A stretch of 64,000 bases of DNA from Candidatus Rifleibacteriota bacterium (GCA_015233565.1 JADFXM010000003.1:155063-219062), one strand, 5' to 3'. Positions 8,521 to 18,003 are shown, counted from the stretch's first letter. Translations and numbers: made by a program. Notes: generated by a model not told the origin, from the sequence alone.

Positions 8521-9768
8521 TTACAGTGCGAAAAGTCTTTCTTTTAGTCTTGAAAACCCCTCTTCCAGTTCCTGCTTATCTGCTGAAAAAGTGAGTCGGA
8601 TATAATCATCACTGTTCGGACCGTAGGCAATTCCTGGTACACAACCTACCCCGGCATGATATAACATGTATTTGTACACTAGGATGGAATTATATCTCAT
8701 TGACAACTCAATTTCTTCTTCAGAAATATTTCTTTTTTTAGATTCCAACCTTACTTTTTCCATAAGCTTCTTTTTGTGTGCTTCTACAAACCTTCTGATA
8801 TTCGGGAATGCATAACTAGTTCCTTCAGGCATGGGACATGTAAAACCTTCAAGCTCATTAAGCCTGGGTATCAACCAGTTTCTCTTTTCCTCATATATCT
8901 GAAATTCCCTACCAAACTCTAAATTTTCATAATTATCCAGAACAAACCTGGCAAGTCTTTGAGCTCTTGTACAGGTGAATGGACTCTGTGCTATGAATGT
9001 TGAAGTAATATCAGGACTTTCAGGAAGAACTGCCCAACCGATTCTTTCACCTTGTAATCCCAGTCTGGCAAGACTTCCCAACATAATTGAAAATTTTCTT
9101 TTCCTATCAAAAAGATGCACTGGAAGATGTTTCTTTTTGTCATATATTTCAGGAAAATGATTTTCGTCATACATAATGAAAAAATCTTTTTCCTCTGCAA
9201 GGTCCACAAGCCCTGTGAGTGTTTCTTTATCATAAATAAAACCTGTTGGGTTATGAGGTGAAGTAAGAATCAGCATCTGCATATTATTTTTGATCAAAGG
9301 CCTGAGGTTATTTGCGGATACTTTATTGAAACCAAGCGGAAGTCTTGTAATATCTCTTCCGTCCAGTGAATGTGCTGCTGAAAGAGTGTAAAACGGATAA
9401 GAGGGATCAGGTATTACAATTTGATCTCCAAATTTTGTAAAGGTCTGCAAGGTTAGACTAATTGCACCTGTGCCTCCAACAGTTACAGCAATAGAGGCAG
9501 GATTAACCTCCAGATCAAACATCCGCCCATACCAAGAAGCGATTGATTTTCTCAGATCCTTGGCACCTGCGGATTTTTCATACCGGAAGATAGTTTTATC
9601 CTCCCTGGAAATAATCCTCTTTGCTTCATCATATATCTTTTGGCATGGTAGAAATCCGGCTTGTCCTCGGCTGAGATTAACTGCACCTGGTTCTGCAGCG
9701 GCTCCTTCAGAAATTTGTTTGGTCAGATAAAATGGAATCTCTTTGGCTATTGGGTTTATTTTGGCCAT
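8521..9768 (-). CDS. Class I/II aminotransferase-fold protein; canonical PLP-binding lysine apparently replaced (SLAR instead of SxSK)
   Basis: LTSPHNPTG and YDENHF (DExY-like) motifs are followed by IMLGSLARLGLQGERIGW, where fold-type I aminotransferases have SxSK-x(6-7)-GxRxG. The codon at 9064-9066 is AGA (Arg). Confidence 0.7.
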   Translation of the reverse strand: MAKINPIAKEIPFYLTKQISEGAAAEPGAVNLSRGQAGFLPCQKIYDEAKRIISREDKTIFRYEKSAGAKDLRKSIASWYGRMFDLEVNPASIAVTVGGTGAISLTLQTFTKFGDQIVIPDPSYPFYTLSAAHSLDGRDITRLPLGFNKVSANNLRPLIKNNMQMLILTSPHNPTGFIYDKETLTGLVDLAEEKDFFIMYDENHFPEIYDKKKHLPVHLFDRKRKFSIMLGSLARLGLQGERIGWAVLPESPDITSTFIAQSPFTCTRAQRLARFVLDNYENLEFGREFQIYEEKRNWLIPRLNELEGFTCPMPEGTSYAFPNIRRFVEAHKKKLMEKVRLESKKRNISEEEIELSMRYNSILVYKYMLYHAGVGCVPGIAYGPNSDDYIRLTFSADKQELEEGFSRLKERLFAL

Positions 9769-9804
9769 ATTTTCCTTTTTCTCCCTTTGTTATATCATTT
9801 TCGG

Positions 9805-11214
9805 TCAGGCATCTTTTTCATGACCCACTGACCTCTGGAGCTGATTTTCAGGATCATAGAACCTCTGGAATCTATTTATTTGTTCGGAAATATCCGGAAT
9901 AACGAATTCTTGTGAATTCATTTTATGTTTGATTTCCTCAAACAGATCCCAGATCAAGAATTCCAGGATCTTTTTGGAAAAATCACACAGTCTCTTATCA
10001 ATTTTTTCTATGTTTCCTGCGTTTGCAGCAAAAGCATCATAGGTACAACCCCCGCCACAGACTCCTATTGCACTGCATTTATTACATTCTTCCATAGTAA
10101 ACGGAGACCTTCTCGCCCATTTAATGAATTCAGTCTCTTTTGAAATATCCCTGTTAACTTCATCAGCAGCTTTGGATATTTTATCTGATACTAAAAGACT
10201 CTTACAGACTCCTATTTTTCCTCTGGAATCAATACAGAAGCCCCGCCCTTGAGCCTGACATTCATTATATCTTGGCACTTGTTGGGTAAAAGGTTCTATA
10301 AATCGGGAAATATTTTCTACAAATATTCCTCTTTCCCTGAAGGAAAGATATACCTTGATGAGGAAATCGGCATATTGTTCCATTGTGATGGCTGTGTGAT
10401 TATCTTTTTCAAGCAAGTGGTGACCAAAATTCAGACCGAGGCTCGAGATTCCAAGATTTACGAAATAATCTATCACCTCATCAATTTTTTCTATGTTGTG
10501 GACTCCTGTAACGGCGGAAATACCTGTCTTGCAGCCAGCGTCCCTTAAAAGTTTGTACCCTTCCAGGGAGGATTCAAATGTTCCAGTGCCATTTTTAAAA
10601 ACCCGGAACTTATTATGTACTTCAGCGGGGCCGTCCAGCGATACAAGCATAAGGGCCTTTGTTCTTGCAAAAAAGTCGGCCAGCTCTTTTGTAACCAATG
10701 AACCATTTGTAAAAATAATAACTCTTGATCCTTTGATTTTCATTACACGTTCCAGAATATACTTTACGGCGGGGATATTCATCAGGGGCTCTCCGCCAGT
10801 AATAGAAACTGTTTTTTTGTCATCAGGTTTGATATTTGCTTCAAAAAGATCCAGGGCCTTTTCAGCAGTATCAAGAGTCATGGAATGGCTCATCTGACTT
10901 TCATTCATGTTTTCTTCAATTTGACAATAGTCACATCTATAATTGCACCTGTTGTCAACAAGCATTACTATGTTTTTAATGCCTATGTGACCTGTACCGG
11001 ACTTGAGAATCTGATATCTCTGATTATCTTGTTCAGGTGTGGTGCAGAATCCATGCCGGCGCAGGGGGCTTTCCGAATTCTGTGCGGATTGTATCATTGA
11101 ATCAAGGTAATTTTTTTCTGAATAAATTTTTTGAAGGGTAAGTCCATTAAAGAGTGCAGAATAATTTCCTTTATCAAATCTTCTGACAAATTCTGATAAT
11201 CTATAATTGTCCAT
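9805..11214 (-). CDS. Radical SAM enzyme with C-terminal SPASM domain
   Basis: Radical-SAM cluster motif NRCNYRCDYC (CxxxCxxC). C-terminal Cys clusters are CQAQGRGFCIDSRGKIGVC and CNKCSAIGVCGGGC (SPASM). Confidence 0.85.
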   Translation of the reverse strand: MDNYRLSEFVRRFDKGNYSALFNGLTLQKIYSEKNYLDSMIQSAQNSESPLRRHGFCTTPEQDNQRYQILKSGTGHIGIKNIVMLVDNRCNYRCDYCQIEENMNESQMSHSMTLDTAEKALDLFEANIKPDDKKTVSITGGEPLMNIPAVKYILERVMKIKGSRVIIFTNGSLVTKELADFFARTKALMLVSLDGPAEVHNKFRVFKNGTGTFESSLEGYKLLRDAGCKTGISAVTGVHNIEKIDEVIDYFVNLGISSLGLNFGHHLLEKDNHTAITMEQYADFLIKVYLSFRERGIFVENISRFIEPFTQQVPRYNECQAQGRGFCIDSRGKIGVCKSLLVSDKISKAADEVNRDISKETEFIKWARRSPFTMEECNKCSAIGVCGGGCTYDAFAANAGNIEKIDKRLCDFSKKILEFLIWDLFEEIKHKMNSQEFVIPDISEQINRFQRFYDPENQLQRSVGHEKDA

Positions 11215-12333
11215 TTATTTCCGCCCTTGAAAAATCAGTGTACATAGATAAGAAGAATGGATAAGATCTTTTTGGTCCTGGGACTTGATTACTTCAATCT
11301 TGGGAATATCAAGTTTGCGGTAAATGGGACAATACTCATCCGGTTCATCCAATAATCCGTTAAGGTAGCGCCGGCCGGCGCAACCACCACCGCAGACATC
11401 AACCTTGTCGCATTGTTTTCTACAGAATTCAGGAATCGTCCGGATTCTTTTGAAGCTTTCATTTTCGTAGGCAGGGGCAAAGGATTCCTTGAGATCTTCA
11501 ATATGGACAGTGCTTTTTGTCCAGTATTCGGCAGGAATTGCCCTGCCATCACCAAGGGTTATCGTTTCGTTGCTGTTTATCCAATACACGCAGGGCATGA
11601 CTTCCCCATCAGGGTGAATTCTAAGGCTTTCAAGTCCACATGGAGATTGAGATACTGCGGGTATTATGTTTAACATCGCATTGATGATCGGTTCTGAACA
11701 GCTTATAAGGTTTCCATGTGTGAAAAGTAGCCCAACTGCCTCCCAAAACTGATCGTAACTAAGCTTGAATTCAAATATTCCAGCCTTCGGTACTGTTTTG
11801 AAGATGTTTACTCTCAAGTTGCAGTTTTCTTTTGCCGCCCTCTGCAACAGGCCTGGAATTTGTTTAAAATTGATATTCATCAAGGCAGTTGTAATGCTGA
11901 ATTCAATTCGGAGTTTCTGACATTTTTTTATGGCTTCATCAACAAAATTCCAGGATGCACCTTTTCTAAAAGTATTTTGTTCAATCTCATCTGGAAAATC
12001 CAGTGAAATGTCAACATCATTAAATCTCTTTAGAATAGCTTCATCCATTTGTCCTATGGTGTAGCCATTGGATGTAACTGACATCCTGATCCCCTTTTTG
12101 CAGCAGAGATCGACCATGTCTAAAAATTCAGGGTTAAGAATGTTCTCACCGGTTCCGAAATTTATTGAATGGATTTTTTTGTTTTTTCCTTCAATGATAT
12201 CTTCAAATTCAGAATATGTAAGGGTGTTCCCTCTGAGGGGTCGTGAATAGCAGTGCCCACAGTTGAGGTTGCAGTTTGCGGTAGAGCCAATACCAAGGGA
12301 AATGCCGTTATCTCTATTAGGTTCACAGTTCAT
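11215..12333 (-). CDS. Radical SAM enzyme with C-terminal SPASM domain
   Basis: NCNLNCGHC (CxxxCxxC); C-terminal CGLESLRIHPDGEVMPC and CRKQCDKVDVCGGGC. The gene abuts the downstream gene with no gap. Confidence 0.85.
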   Translation of the reverse strand: MNCEPNRDNGISLGIGSTANCNLNCGHCYSRPLRGNTLTYSEFEDIIEGKNKKIHSINFGTGENILNPEFLDMVDLCCKKGIRMSVTSNGYTIGQMDEAILKRFNDVDISLDFPDEIEQNTFRKGASWNFVDEAIKKCQKLRIEFSITTALMNINFKQIPGLLQRAAKENCNLRVNIFKTVPKAGIFEFKLSYDQFWEAVGLLFTHGNLISCSEPIINAMLNIIPAVSQSPCGLESLRIHPDGEVMPCVYWINSNETITLGDGRAIPAEYWTKSTVHIEDLKESFAPAYENESFKRIRTIPEFCRKQCDKVDVCGGGCAGRRYLNGLLDEPDEYCPIYRKLDIPKIEVIKSQDQKDLIHSSYLCTLIFQGRK

Positions 12334-13363
12334 TTGATTGATTTTCTCCAGTAGGGTTTCTGTAAGTATTTACTTCCCTGGGTATTTTATTCAGGTCGCA
12401 ATGAGAGCATAGGTCAAGATCGTCAGCCTCATAATTTATATGCATGCGCCTCAAAGAAGTCATTTTTTCGCCATGCCAAATATTCTTAATACTGTCTTTT
12501 TTTACATTTCCCAGAGGGAATCTACAGGCATTATCACCAGTGCAAGGGTATACGGTGCCATCCCAGGCAATTGTAAGCCTTTGCCAGAGTTGTGGACATG
12601 GAAAGATACTTTCAGGCTTATTTTGAGCTCTTCTCTTATCTCTGGGATTACCATCGGGGCTTTGGTAAATTGATATCCTGACCATATCAGCTCTGGTTCG
12701 CCAGTAATGAATAAATGCCATAAGTTCTTCATGGGTCTGCTTTTGATCTATGATTTGGACAATAATTTCAGGATTTCTGATACCCTGTTTTTCCTTTTCA
12801 TTTGTCAGAAATTCAATGTTTTTGAGTACCAGTTCCAAGTCCGAGCCGACCTTTATTTTTTGATAGGTCAGAGGGGATGCTGCATCAATAGAGAAAATAA
12901 TTCGATCCAGGTCACTTTCGATAATTTTGTGGGACATCTCCTTATTGATCAAAACTCCATTGGTGCTGATCCTTATATCCAAGATCCCCTTTTGTTTTGC
13001 ATAGGTGATCATTTCAATCAGTCTCGGGTTGAGAAATGATTCCCCAAGCCAGTCAGGATCTATGGAACATAAACCATTTTCCATTCCCTGATCAATTATC
13101 ATTTTGAAAAGGTCAAACTCCATATCTCCGATGTTCGTTCTCCTGGAGTGCCTTATGCAGTGCTGACACATGAGATTACATCGACCGGAAACTTCTATGT
13201 CCAGATGAAGCGGAAAATCAGATACAATGAATTGCCTTGGGTTCTGTTCCCATTTTCTTCTGTATTCAATTACCGCTGGATCGGCTTGTGGAAAAGGAAT
13301 ACTTGATTTCCCTATTATATCCAGGTGGTAGGCGTATATCTGAAGTTTTGAATGAGTATGCAT
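12323..13363 (-). CDS. Radical SAM enzyme with SPASM/twitch-like C-terminal Cys motifs
   Basis: GRCNLMCQHC (CxxxCxxC); C-terminal CPQLWQRLTIAWDGTVYPC and CSHC. It overlaps the next gene by 11 nt and is a paralogue of the gene at 23792-24796. Confidence 0.8.
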   Translation of the reverse strand: MHTHSKLQIYAYHLDIIGKSSIPFPQADPAVIEYRRKWEQNPRQFIVSDFPLHLDIEVSGRCNLMCQHCIRHSRRTNIGDMEFDLFKMIIDQGMENGLCSIDPDWLGESFLNPRLIEMITYAKQKGILDIRISTNGVLINKEMSHKIIESDLDRIIFSIDAASPLTYQKIKVGSDLELVLKNIEFLTNEKEKQGIRNPEIIVQIIDQKQTHEELMAFIHYWRTRADMVRISIYQSPDGNPRDKRRAQNKPESIFPCPQLWQRLTIAWDGTVYPCTGDNACRFPLGNVKKDSIKNIWHGEKMTSLRRMHINYEADDLDLCSHCDLNKIPREVNTYRNPTGENQSNEL

Positions 13364-13373
13364 GAAGGCAGTC

Positions 13374-14102
13374 CTACGTTAATTTTTCCGATGTTTTCCA
13401 GTAAGTGGTGATTACCTGTGTTGCTCGTTCGATATCGCTTTTTGAATCGATTTCAGACCACATTCCGGATTCTATTGCCAATCCGTGCCAAGGTATTGAT
13501 AATCCAGTTCTAATCGTTCCTGTTTCATACTGTTCTTTAAGATTTCCGGACTGTTTATATTGATTAATCAGTAATTCAGTAAACTGACCTGAAAGTTTGG
13601 TGATACCTGCGTATTCGTATTTAACAGGAATTCCTGGATGTTGTTTTCCTAGATAAGTGATTATGTTGTTTTCGTCTAATACAGTGAAAACCTCATCGCC
13701 GTTGCCGCTGCAAGGTAAAACAATACCTGTATTTTTTTCGGAATAATTAAACAGCTCACGAACAATATGCGGATTAAATACCAAGTCCCCATCAAAAACC
13801 ATGCAATCTGAGGGGGTTTCGAGGGCTAGTGCAAGAGAATGCATGCTGCCTGATTTATCATAGATTCCGTTTACAACATAAGTTATATTCAAGTTGTTGA
13901 AAAAATTTCCAAAAGTATTGAAAATTAAGTCATGCCTATAACCCGTAACTATTGTAACCTCTCTGATACCCGAAAGAGAAATAGCTTCCAGCATATAATG
14001 CAGTAAACTTTTACCGTTTATTGAAAATAATGGTTTTGGAAGGTCATTTGAAACGTCTTTCAGCCTGCTTCCAATTCCTGCTGCAAGGATAATTGCTTTC
14101 AC
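13374..14102 (-). CDS. LicC-like nucleotidyltransferase (sugar-/alcohol-phosphate cytidylyl/nucleotidyltransferase)
   Basis: GTG start. The N-terminus (V/M)KAIILAAGIGSRL...LPKPL is the NTP-transferase G-x-G-x-R-L loop. At 242 aa it has the size of LicC/PntC-type enzymes. Confidence 0.75.
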   Translation of the reverse strand: MKAIILAAGIGSRLKDVSNDLPKPLFSINGKSLLHYMLEAISLSGIREVTIVTGYRHDLIFNTFGNFFNNLNITYVVNGIYDKSGSMHSLALALETPSDCMVFDGDLVFNPHIVRELFNYSEKNTGIVLPCSGNGDEVFTVLDENNIITYLGKQHPGIPVKYEYAGITKLSGQFTELLINQYKQSGNLKEQYETGTIRTGLSIPWHGLAIESGMWSEIDSKSDIERATQVITTYWKTSEKLT

Positions 14103-14108
14103 ATGGGC

Positions 14109-14774
14109 TCAACTGTTTTTAATTATGTAACAAGGCCGGGTTACAAATGGAAATTTTCTTATCTGAACATCTTTGCCTTTGAAAAAATCGTCTATTCCTT
14201 TTGTGTCACCGTGAAATGCGGCATAATTATCAAGCAGGATAATACCGCCTTTGGAAACATGATCGTAAAAGTTTTCAAGAACGCATGTTGTTGATTCTAC
14301 AAAATCGATATCAATATTCAGAAGAGAAATCTTTAAAAACGGCCTTGCTTTGATATACTCAGGTATTGTCTGAAGGACATCCCCTTTAATCAGCTCAAAG
14401 TTTTTTATTCCTTTGTCATGGAAGATTGCTTCTAATTGTTTGATGTCAATGGAGCTTGAACCGGCTGTTTTTATCCAGTGTTCTCGCTGGGCCTTGTCTT
14501 CTTCAAATTTCGTGTCAGGATATTCATCACTGAAAACGTCAAACCCGATTATTTTTGTTGCCGCATGATTGGCTAGAAGTTCTCTGAACATGGCAAATCT
14601 GACAATCGATGTCCCCTTGAACACTCCGCATTCTACGATTTCCCCGGGGATATCCATGACCATTTTAAAGGCTTCATAGTGTGCAGCGAATTTTCCAAGT
14701 CGGCTTAAGTCCAAAGTCAAATGGAAAAAAGTCTCATATTCATACATTTTACTATTGTCTGGAAGTTTTATCAT
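14109..14774 (-). CDS. TylF/MycF-family SAM-dependent O-methyltransferase
   Basis: GEIVECGVFKGTS (SAM motif I) and NIDIDFVESTTCVLENFYDHVSKGGIILLDNY match the TylF pattern DGDLYEST...GG.i..DDY. Confidence 0.75.
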   Translation of the reverse strand: MIKLPDNSKMYEYETFFHLTLDLSRLGKFAAHYEAFKMVMDIPGEIVECGVFKGTSIVRFAMFRELLANHAATKIIGFDVFSDEYPDTKFEEDKAQREHWIKTAGSSSIDIKQLEAIFHDKGIKNFELIKGDVLQTIPEYIKARPFLKISLLNIDIDFVESTTCVLENFYDHVSKGGIILLDNYAAFHGDTKGIDDFFKGKDVQIRKFPFVTRPCYIIKNS

Positions 14775-15239
14775 CTCAGCTCCCCGGATAAATTGACTGC
14801 CTAGCCTTTTAAAATTGCCTCAGATTTCGCTCAATAATATTTGGTTTCTCATTCAAAAACTGATAAAATTTCAAGAAAGCTTTTCCAAGATGGAATTCGC
14901 AATAATCATCAACCAGTTTTATGCATCAGCCAAGCTTTTTCTAAATATAAATCATTTTCATTGATTGATGCAATGCTAAATCTTACGTTTAGTTTTTGAA
15001 AGTGGTTGGAACATTCATCTTGCGATGTTTTTCATATTTTTCACAACCATTTCCTTCCGTTAATATGCCATTTATATGGTATAGGATTATTTTAGCTTTT
15101 CGAAATAATGAAAGTTTAACAACTAAGATCCAAAAGCCATCCCGCAAAGCCATATTTAAACCGAAATTTCCAAAGTCTTTCCCTTTTGGTTTGACGGTTG
15201 AAATCTATTTTACCTAGCCTTGATGGGAATATTTGAAAA

Positions 15240-16934
15240 TTAAAGATTCCAAAGAAATTTAATCCAATCAATCCACCAAAACTTACTTGTAAGAGCGTAT
15301 TGATGGCACCAATCCAAACGGGCCATTTGAATTTCTTTGGTTTGCCACCAATCTTGAACGTTTTCCCAAATTTCATTTACTTTTCTTGCAGCCAAAGCGC
15401 CATTCTCAAAGAGGATTCCACATTTTTTAAAATTTTCAAAAAGATGGCTTGATTGCCGACACATGTGAAAAGCTTTTGGTTCCCAGAAACAAATTGTTGG
15501 GCAATTTGCTGCCAAGGAAATATTCAAAGTTGTTCCCGGATGATCAATTACAGCCAGTTTACATTCCAATAATTGAGAATGCAAATTTCCTTCACAAATT
15601 TGTAGATTTGGGAATTTTCTCTTGAAAAAGGAAATATCTTTTAAGCAACCCGGCCCCTCGGGGTAGGGTCTGTATAAGGTGTTTCGGAAAATATGGGGAG
15701 AAATTTGATTGAAAAATTGTTCTTTGCTTTTTCTATAACGAATTTGTTCATTTGATTGAAGAAGATTTGATTGGAGCCTAAAAAGAAATAAGTTCATTTT
15801 GTTTCCAACTTCGATTAAAACTTCGTTTCGCTTTTTGTGCTTCCCAGAAAATTGGGATAAAAAAGGAGAAGGAAGAGGGATAATGTTTCCCAAATAATCT
15901 TCTTGTCTTCTCCAACCCCAGCTTAGGAAGGCAAAATGTTTGAATTCTATTTCTGAAGCTATAGGAAAAATTTGGGATGTTCCGTATCCACCACCATGTT
16001 GAGTGACGATAACGTTTTCTCCTTTTTCTTCAGAGAAGGCGATCTTGATTTTATCTTTTTCGGAATTGAAAAGCAGTGGTCCAATCAATTGTAATTTTCC
16101 TTTTTTGCCTCTTTTTGGATTAGGCAAAAGAGGTTTTATATCAAGAAAAATTCTTGGAAGCGTCTTCATCCCCAATTTGAAAAAATCCATTCTTGAATTC
16201 AGATTTAAGCTGGGTTTTAATAAACCAGTTTTTTTGATGTTTATTCTTTTTTGTGGAGGTTTGATAGAAAGAAAAATTGAAAACAAAACAGAAACCCACC
16301 AGGAAAACCCATAAACCTTATTACATCGTTGAAAAAAACGGGAAAAAATTTTTTCCCGAAAAAAAAATTTCAAAGGTTTTTCCAGGGGTGGGGGATTTAC
16401 AGTGGGGGATATATTTACTGCCACATAGCTGACTTTCCAGGACGAAATGTCATATTTTTCGAGTATTCTTGAAAATAGCCACCATTCAAAAACGGGTGAA
16501 AGAGTGAAATTATCAAAGTCTGCAGTGTTCAAAAAGTTCCATTCAATGGTATCCGAAACAAGAGTTACCTCGAACGGTTCTTGAGGATGGTCTTCAAAAA
16601 ATTTTTGGATCCGGAGTTCCCTTTCCCAGGTATTTTCAATTAGTTGAAATAGCCATGGAAAAAGCAATACCCTCCAAAATTTCTGGGAAAATTTAATTGA
16701 GTTTCTTCCATTAAGAATTTGGGAGAAAAAAGGAAGTAGGGTCTCAGTCAAAAAAATGCATTGTTGGGTAGCTTGGATCATTTCTTGAGGTGTAGAGAAC
16801 GGATCTGGTGAAAAATTCAAATTTTCCCAATTGGGGAAAGATTCCTCTCTTTCGAGAAAACACCAAGGGCCTAAAACTACATCATGCTTAACTGAAAAAT
16901 CATCCGGAATAACAGATAAAAACAACCTTCTCAT
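15240..16934 (-). CDS. Large soluble protein of unknown function, possibly a glycan transferase
   Basis: 564-aa ORF with coding-like composition in the glycan island, directly upstream of the nonulosonic-acid genes. The QHGGGYG and VIDHPGTTLNISLAANCPTI segments are reminiscent of GT-B-like transferases, but I do not recognise the family with certainty. Confidence 0.45.
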   Translation of the reverse strand: MRRLFLSVIPDDFSVKHDVVLGPWCFLEREESFPNWENLNFSPDPFSTPQEMIQATQQCIFLTETLLPFFSQILNGRNSIKFSQKFWRVLLFPWLFQLIENTWERELRIQKFFEDHPQEPFEVTLVSDTIEWNFLNTADFDNFTLSPVFEWWLFSRILEKYDISSWKVSYVAVNISPTVNPPPLEKPLKFFFREKIFSRFFQRCNKVYGFSWWVSVLFSIFLSIKPPQKRINIKKTGLLKPSLNLNSRMDFFKLGMKTLPRIFLDIKPLLPNPKRGKKGKLQLIGPLLFNSEKDKIKIAFSEEKGENVIVTQHGGGYGTSQIFPIASEIEFKHFAFLSWGWRRQEDYLGNIIPLPSPFLSQFSGKHKKRNEVLIEVGNKMNLFLFRLQSNLLQSNEQIRYRKSKEQFFNQISPHIFRNTLYRPYPEGPGCLKDISFFKRKFPNLQICEGNLHSQLLECKLAVIDHPGTTLNISLAANCPTICFWEPKAFHMCRQSSHLFENFKKCGILFENGALAARKVNEIWENVQDWWQTKEIQMARLDWCHQYALTSKFWWIDWIKFLWNL

Positions 16935-16972
16935 TCGCGCATTCCACTATCCGATAAACCGAACTAAAAAAA

Positions 16973-18001
16973 TTACCAATTTTGGCCGTCATAGGAATTC
17001 TTTATATCGTCTATTTTTATCCAAGAGCCGCATTTTGAGCTTTCTTCCGCAGCAAAAAGTATATCAGAAAGATGCCGTTCTTCTTGCCAGGTTTTATTAT
17101 ACAGGTTTTTTCCTAAAAGCGCTGAATGAAAATTTTCCATTTCCCGGAAGTAAATTTCTTCAAAATTGAATGAATTCAGTGTTTTTGTACCGGGCATTTT
17201 AAGAAATTTCCATGAATCGGTTTCCAAGTCATATCGTTGGATTTCATGTTTTGCCAGATCGAGAGTTAGGGCAAGATTTTGACAGGATATTCGACCAATT
17301 CTAAAAGGGGCTGTTTGGTGCAATTCAATGTTTAGAGTGCCCTTTAAGCCAGACTCAAATTTTAAATGCAGAAAATATGAATCATCAATATCAGTTTTCC
17401 ACTTTGAAAATTGGCCGTGAATGGCATGAACACTTTCAACCTTTCCAAAAACGAAGCATAACCATTCCAATTCCCAAGGTACCATTTCTCTGGCTGCAGA
17501 AGTTTTTCTTTTCCCCGCATAAAAATCCCAATAATTTTCATAGGGATGCCAAAGTGGTAAATACCCCCCGTAATGATAATGAACAGAATTGACTTTTTCC
17601 ATTCCGTTTCTTTCCAAAATTTCTTTTGACATATGAAAAATGGGATGAGATCTCCATGTGGCAGATGGGAAGGCTCTCACTCCTGAACTTTTCTCTTGTT
17701 CCAAAAACCAGGTTTCGTTCGGACAAAATATATTGGCTTCGCTGAAAAAAGATATTTTGTTTTTAAAACATTTTTTGTAGTATTCAAAATGAATATCTGG
17801 TGGAGTTGATATAACTACTGCTTGAACTTTTTCGTCCAATATTTTTTCGAAAGAAGGAAGGAACTTAATATTATAAATTTCTTGTGTTTCCCGAGCTCTT
17901 TTTTCAGATATATCAAACCCAACAATTTCGCAATTTAACCGTAAAAGGTCTCTTACTCGTCTTTTTCCCATGGAACCCAATCCGATAACTGCTATTTTCA
18001 T
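16973..18001 (-). CDS. Gfo/Idh/MocA-family NAD(P)-dependent oxidoreductase
   Basis: N-terminal Rossmann MKIAVIGLGSMGKRR and the EAN(I)F (EKP-like) region. The length and architecture are typical of the family. Confidence 0.8.
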   Translation of the reverse strand: MKIAVIGLGSMGKRRVRDLLRLNCEIVGFDISEKRARETQEIYNIKFLPSFEKILDEKVQAVVISTPPDIHFEYYKKCFKNKISFFSEANIFCPNETWFLEQEKSSGVRAFPSATWRSHPIFHMSKEILERNGMEKVNSVHYHYGGYLPLWHPYENYWDFYAGKRKTSAAREMVPWELEWLCFVFGKVESVHAIHGQFSKWKTDIDDSYFLHLKFESGLKGTLNIELHQTAPFRIGRISCQNLALTLDLAKHEIQRYDLETDSWKFLKMPGTKTLNSFNFEEIYFREMENFHSALLGKNLYNKTWQEERHLSDILFAAEESSKCGSWIKIDDIKNSYDGQNW

Positions 18002-18003
18002 TC

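Noticed and set aside
10493-10897. Long antisense ORFs inside confidently assigned genes, for example 10493-10897 (+), 23061-23465 (+), 43374-43805 (+), 36583-37020 (-) and 50726-51130 (+)
   Set aside because: Each lies entirely within a gene that has clear family motifs on the opposite strand. None has recognisable motifs of its own or a Shine-Dalgarno. They are typical shadow ORFs.
9805-13363. RiPP (peptide natural product) cluster interpretation of the three tandem SPASM radical-SAM genes
   Set aside because: The surrounding gaps (36, 0, -11 and 10 nt) leave no room for a precursor peptide gene. No peptidase or RiPP transporter is present, and every neighbour is a carbohydrate or small-molecule enzyme. 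This is not fully excluded, because a precursor could be encoded elsewhere.
1-14774. Calling the left half of the island a phosphonate biosynthetic cluster
   Set aside because: No PEP mutase or phosphonopyruvate decarboxylase is recognisable in the window. The PhnW-like assignment alone is insufficient, so I kept it only as a hypothesis to test beyond the left edge.
15116-15376. Track ORF 15116-15376 (-) overlapping the 3' end of the 564-aa gene
   Set aside because: It sits in an alternative frame overlapping a much longer ORF with coding-like composition, and there is no independent support for it.
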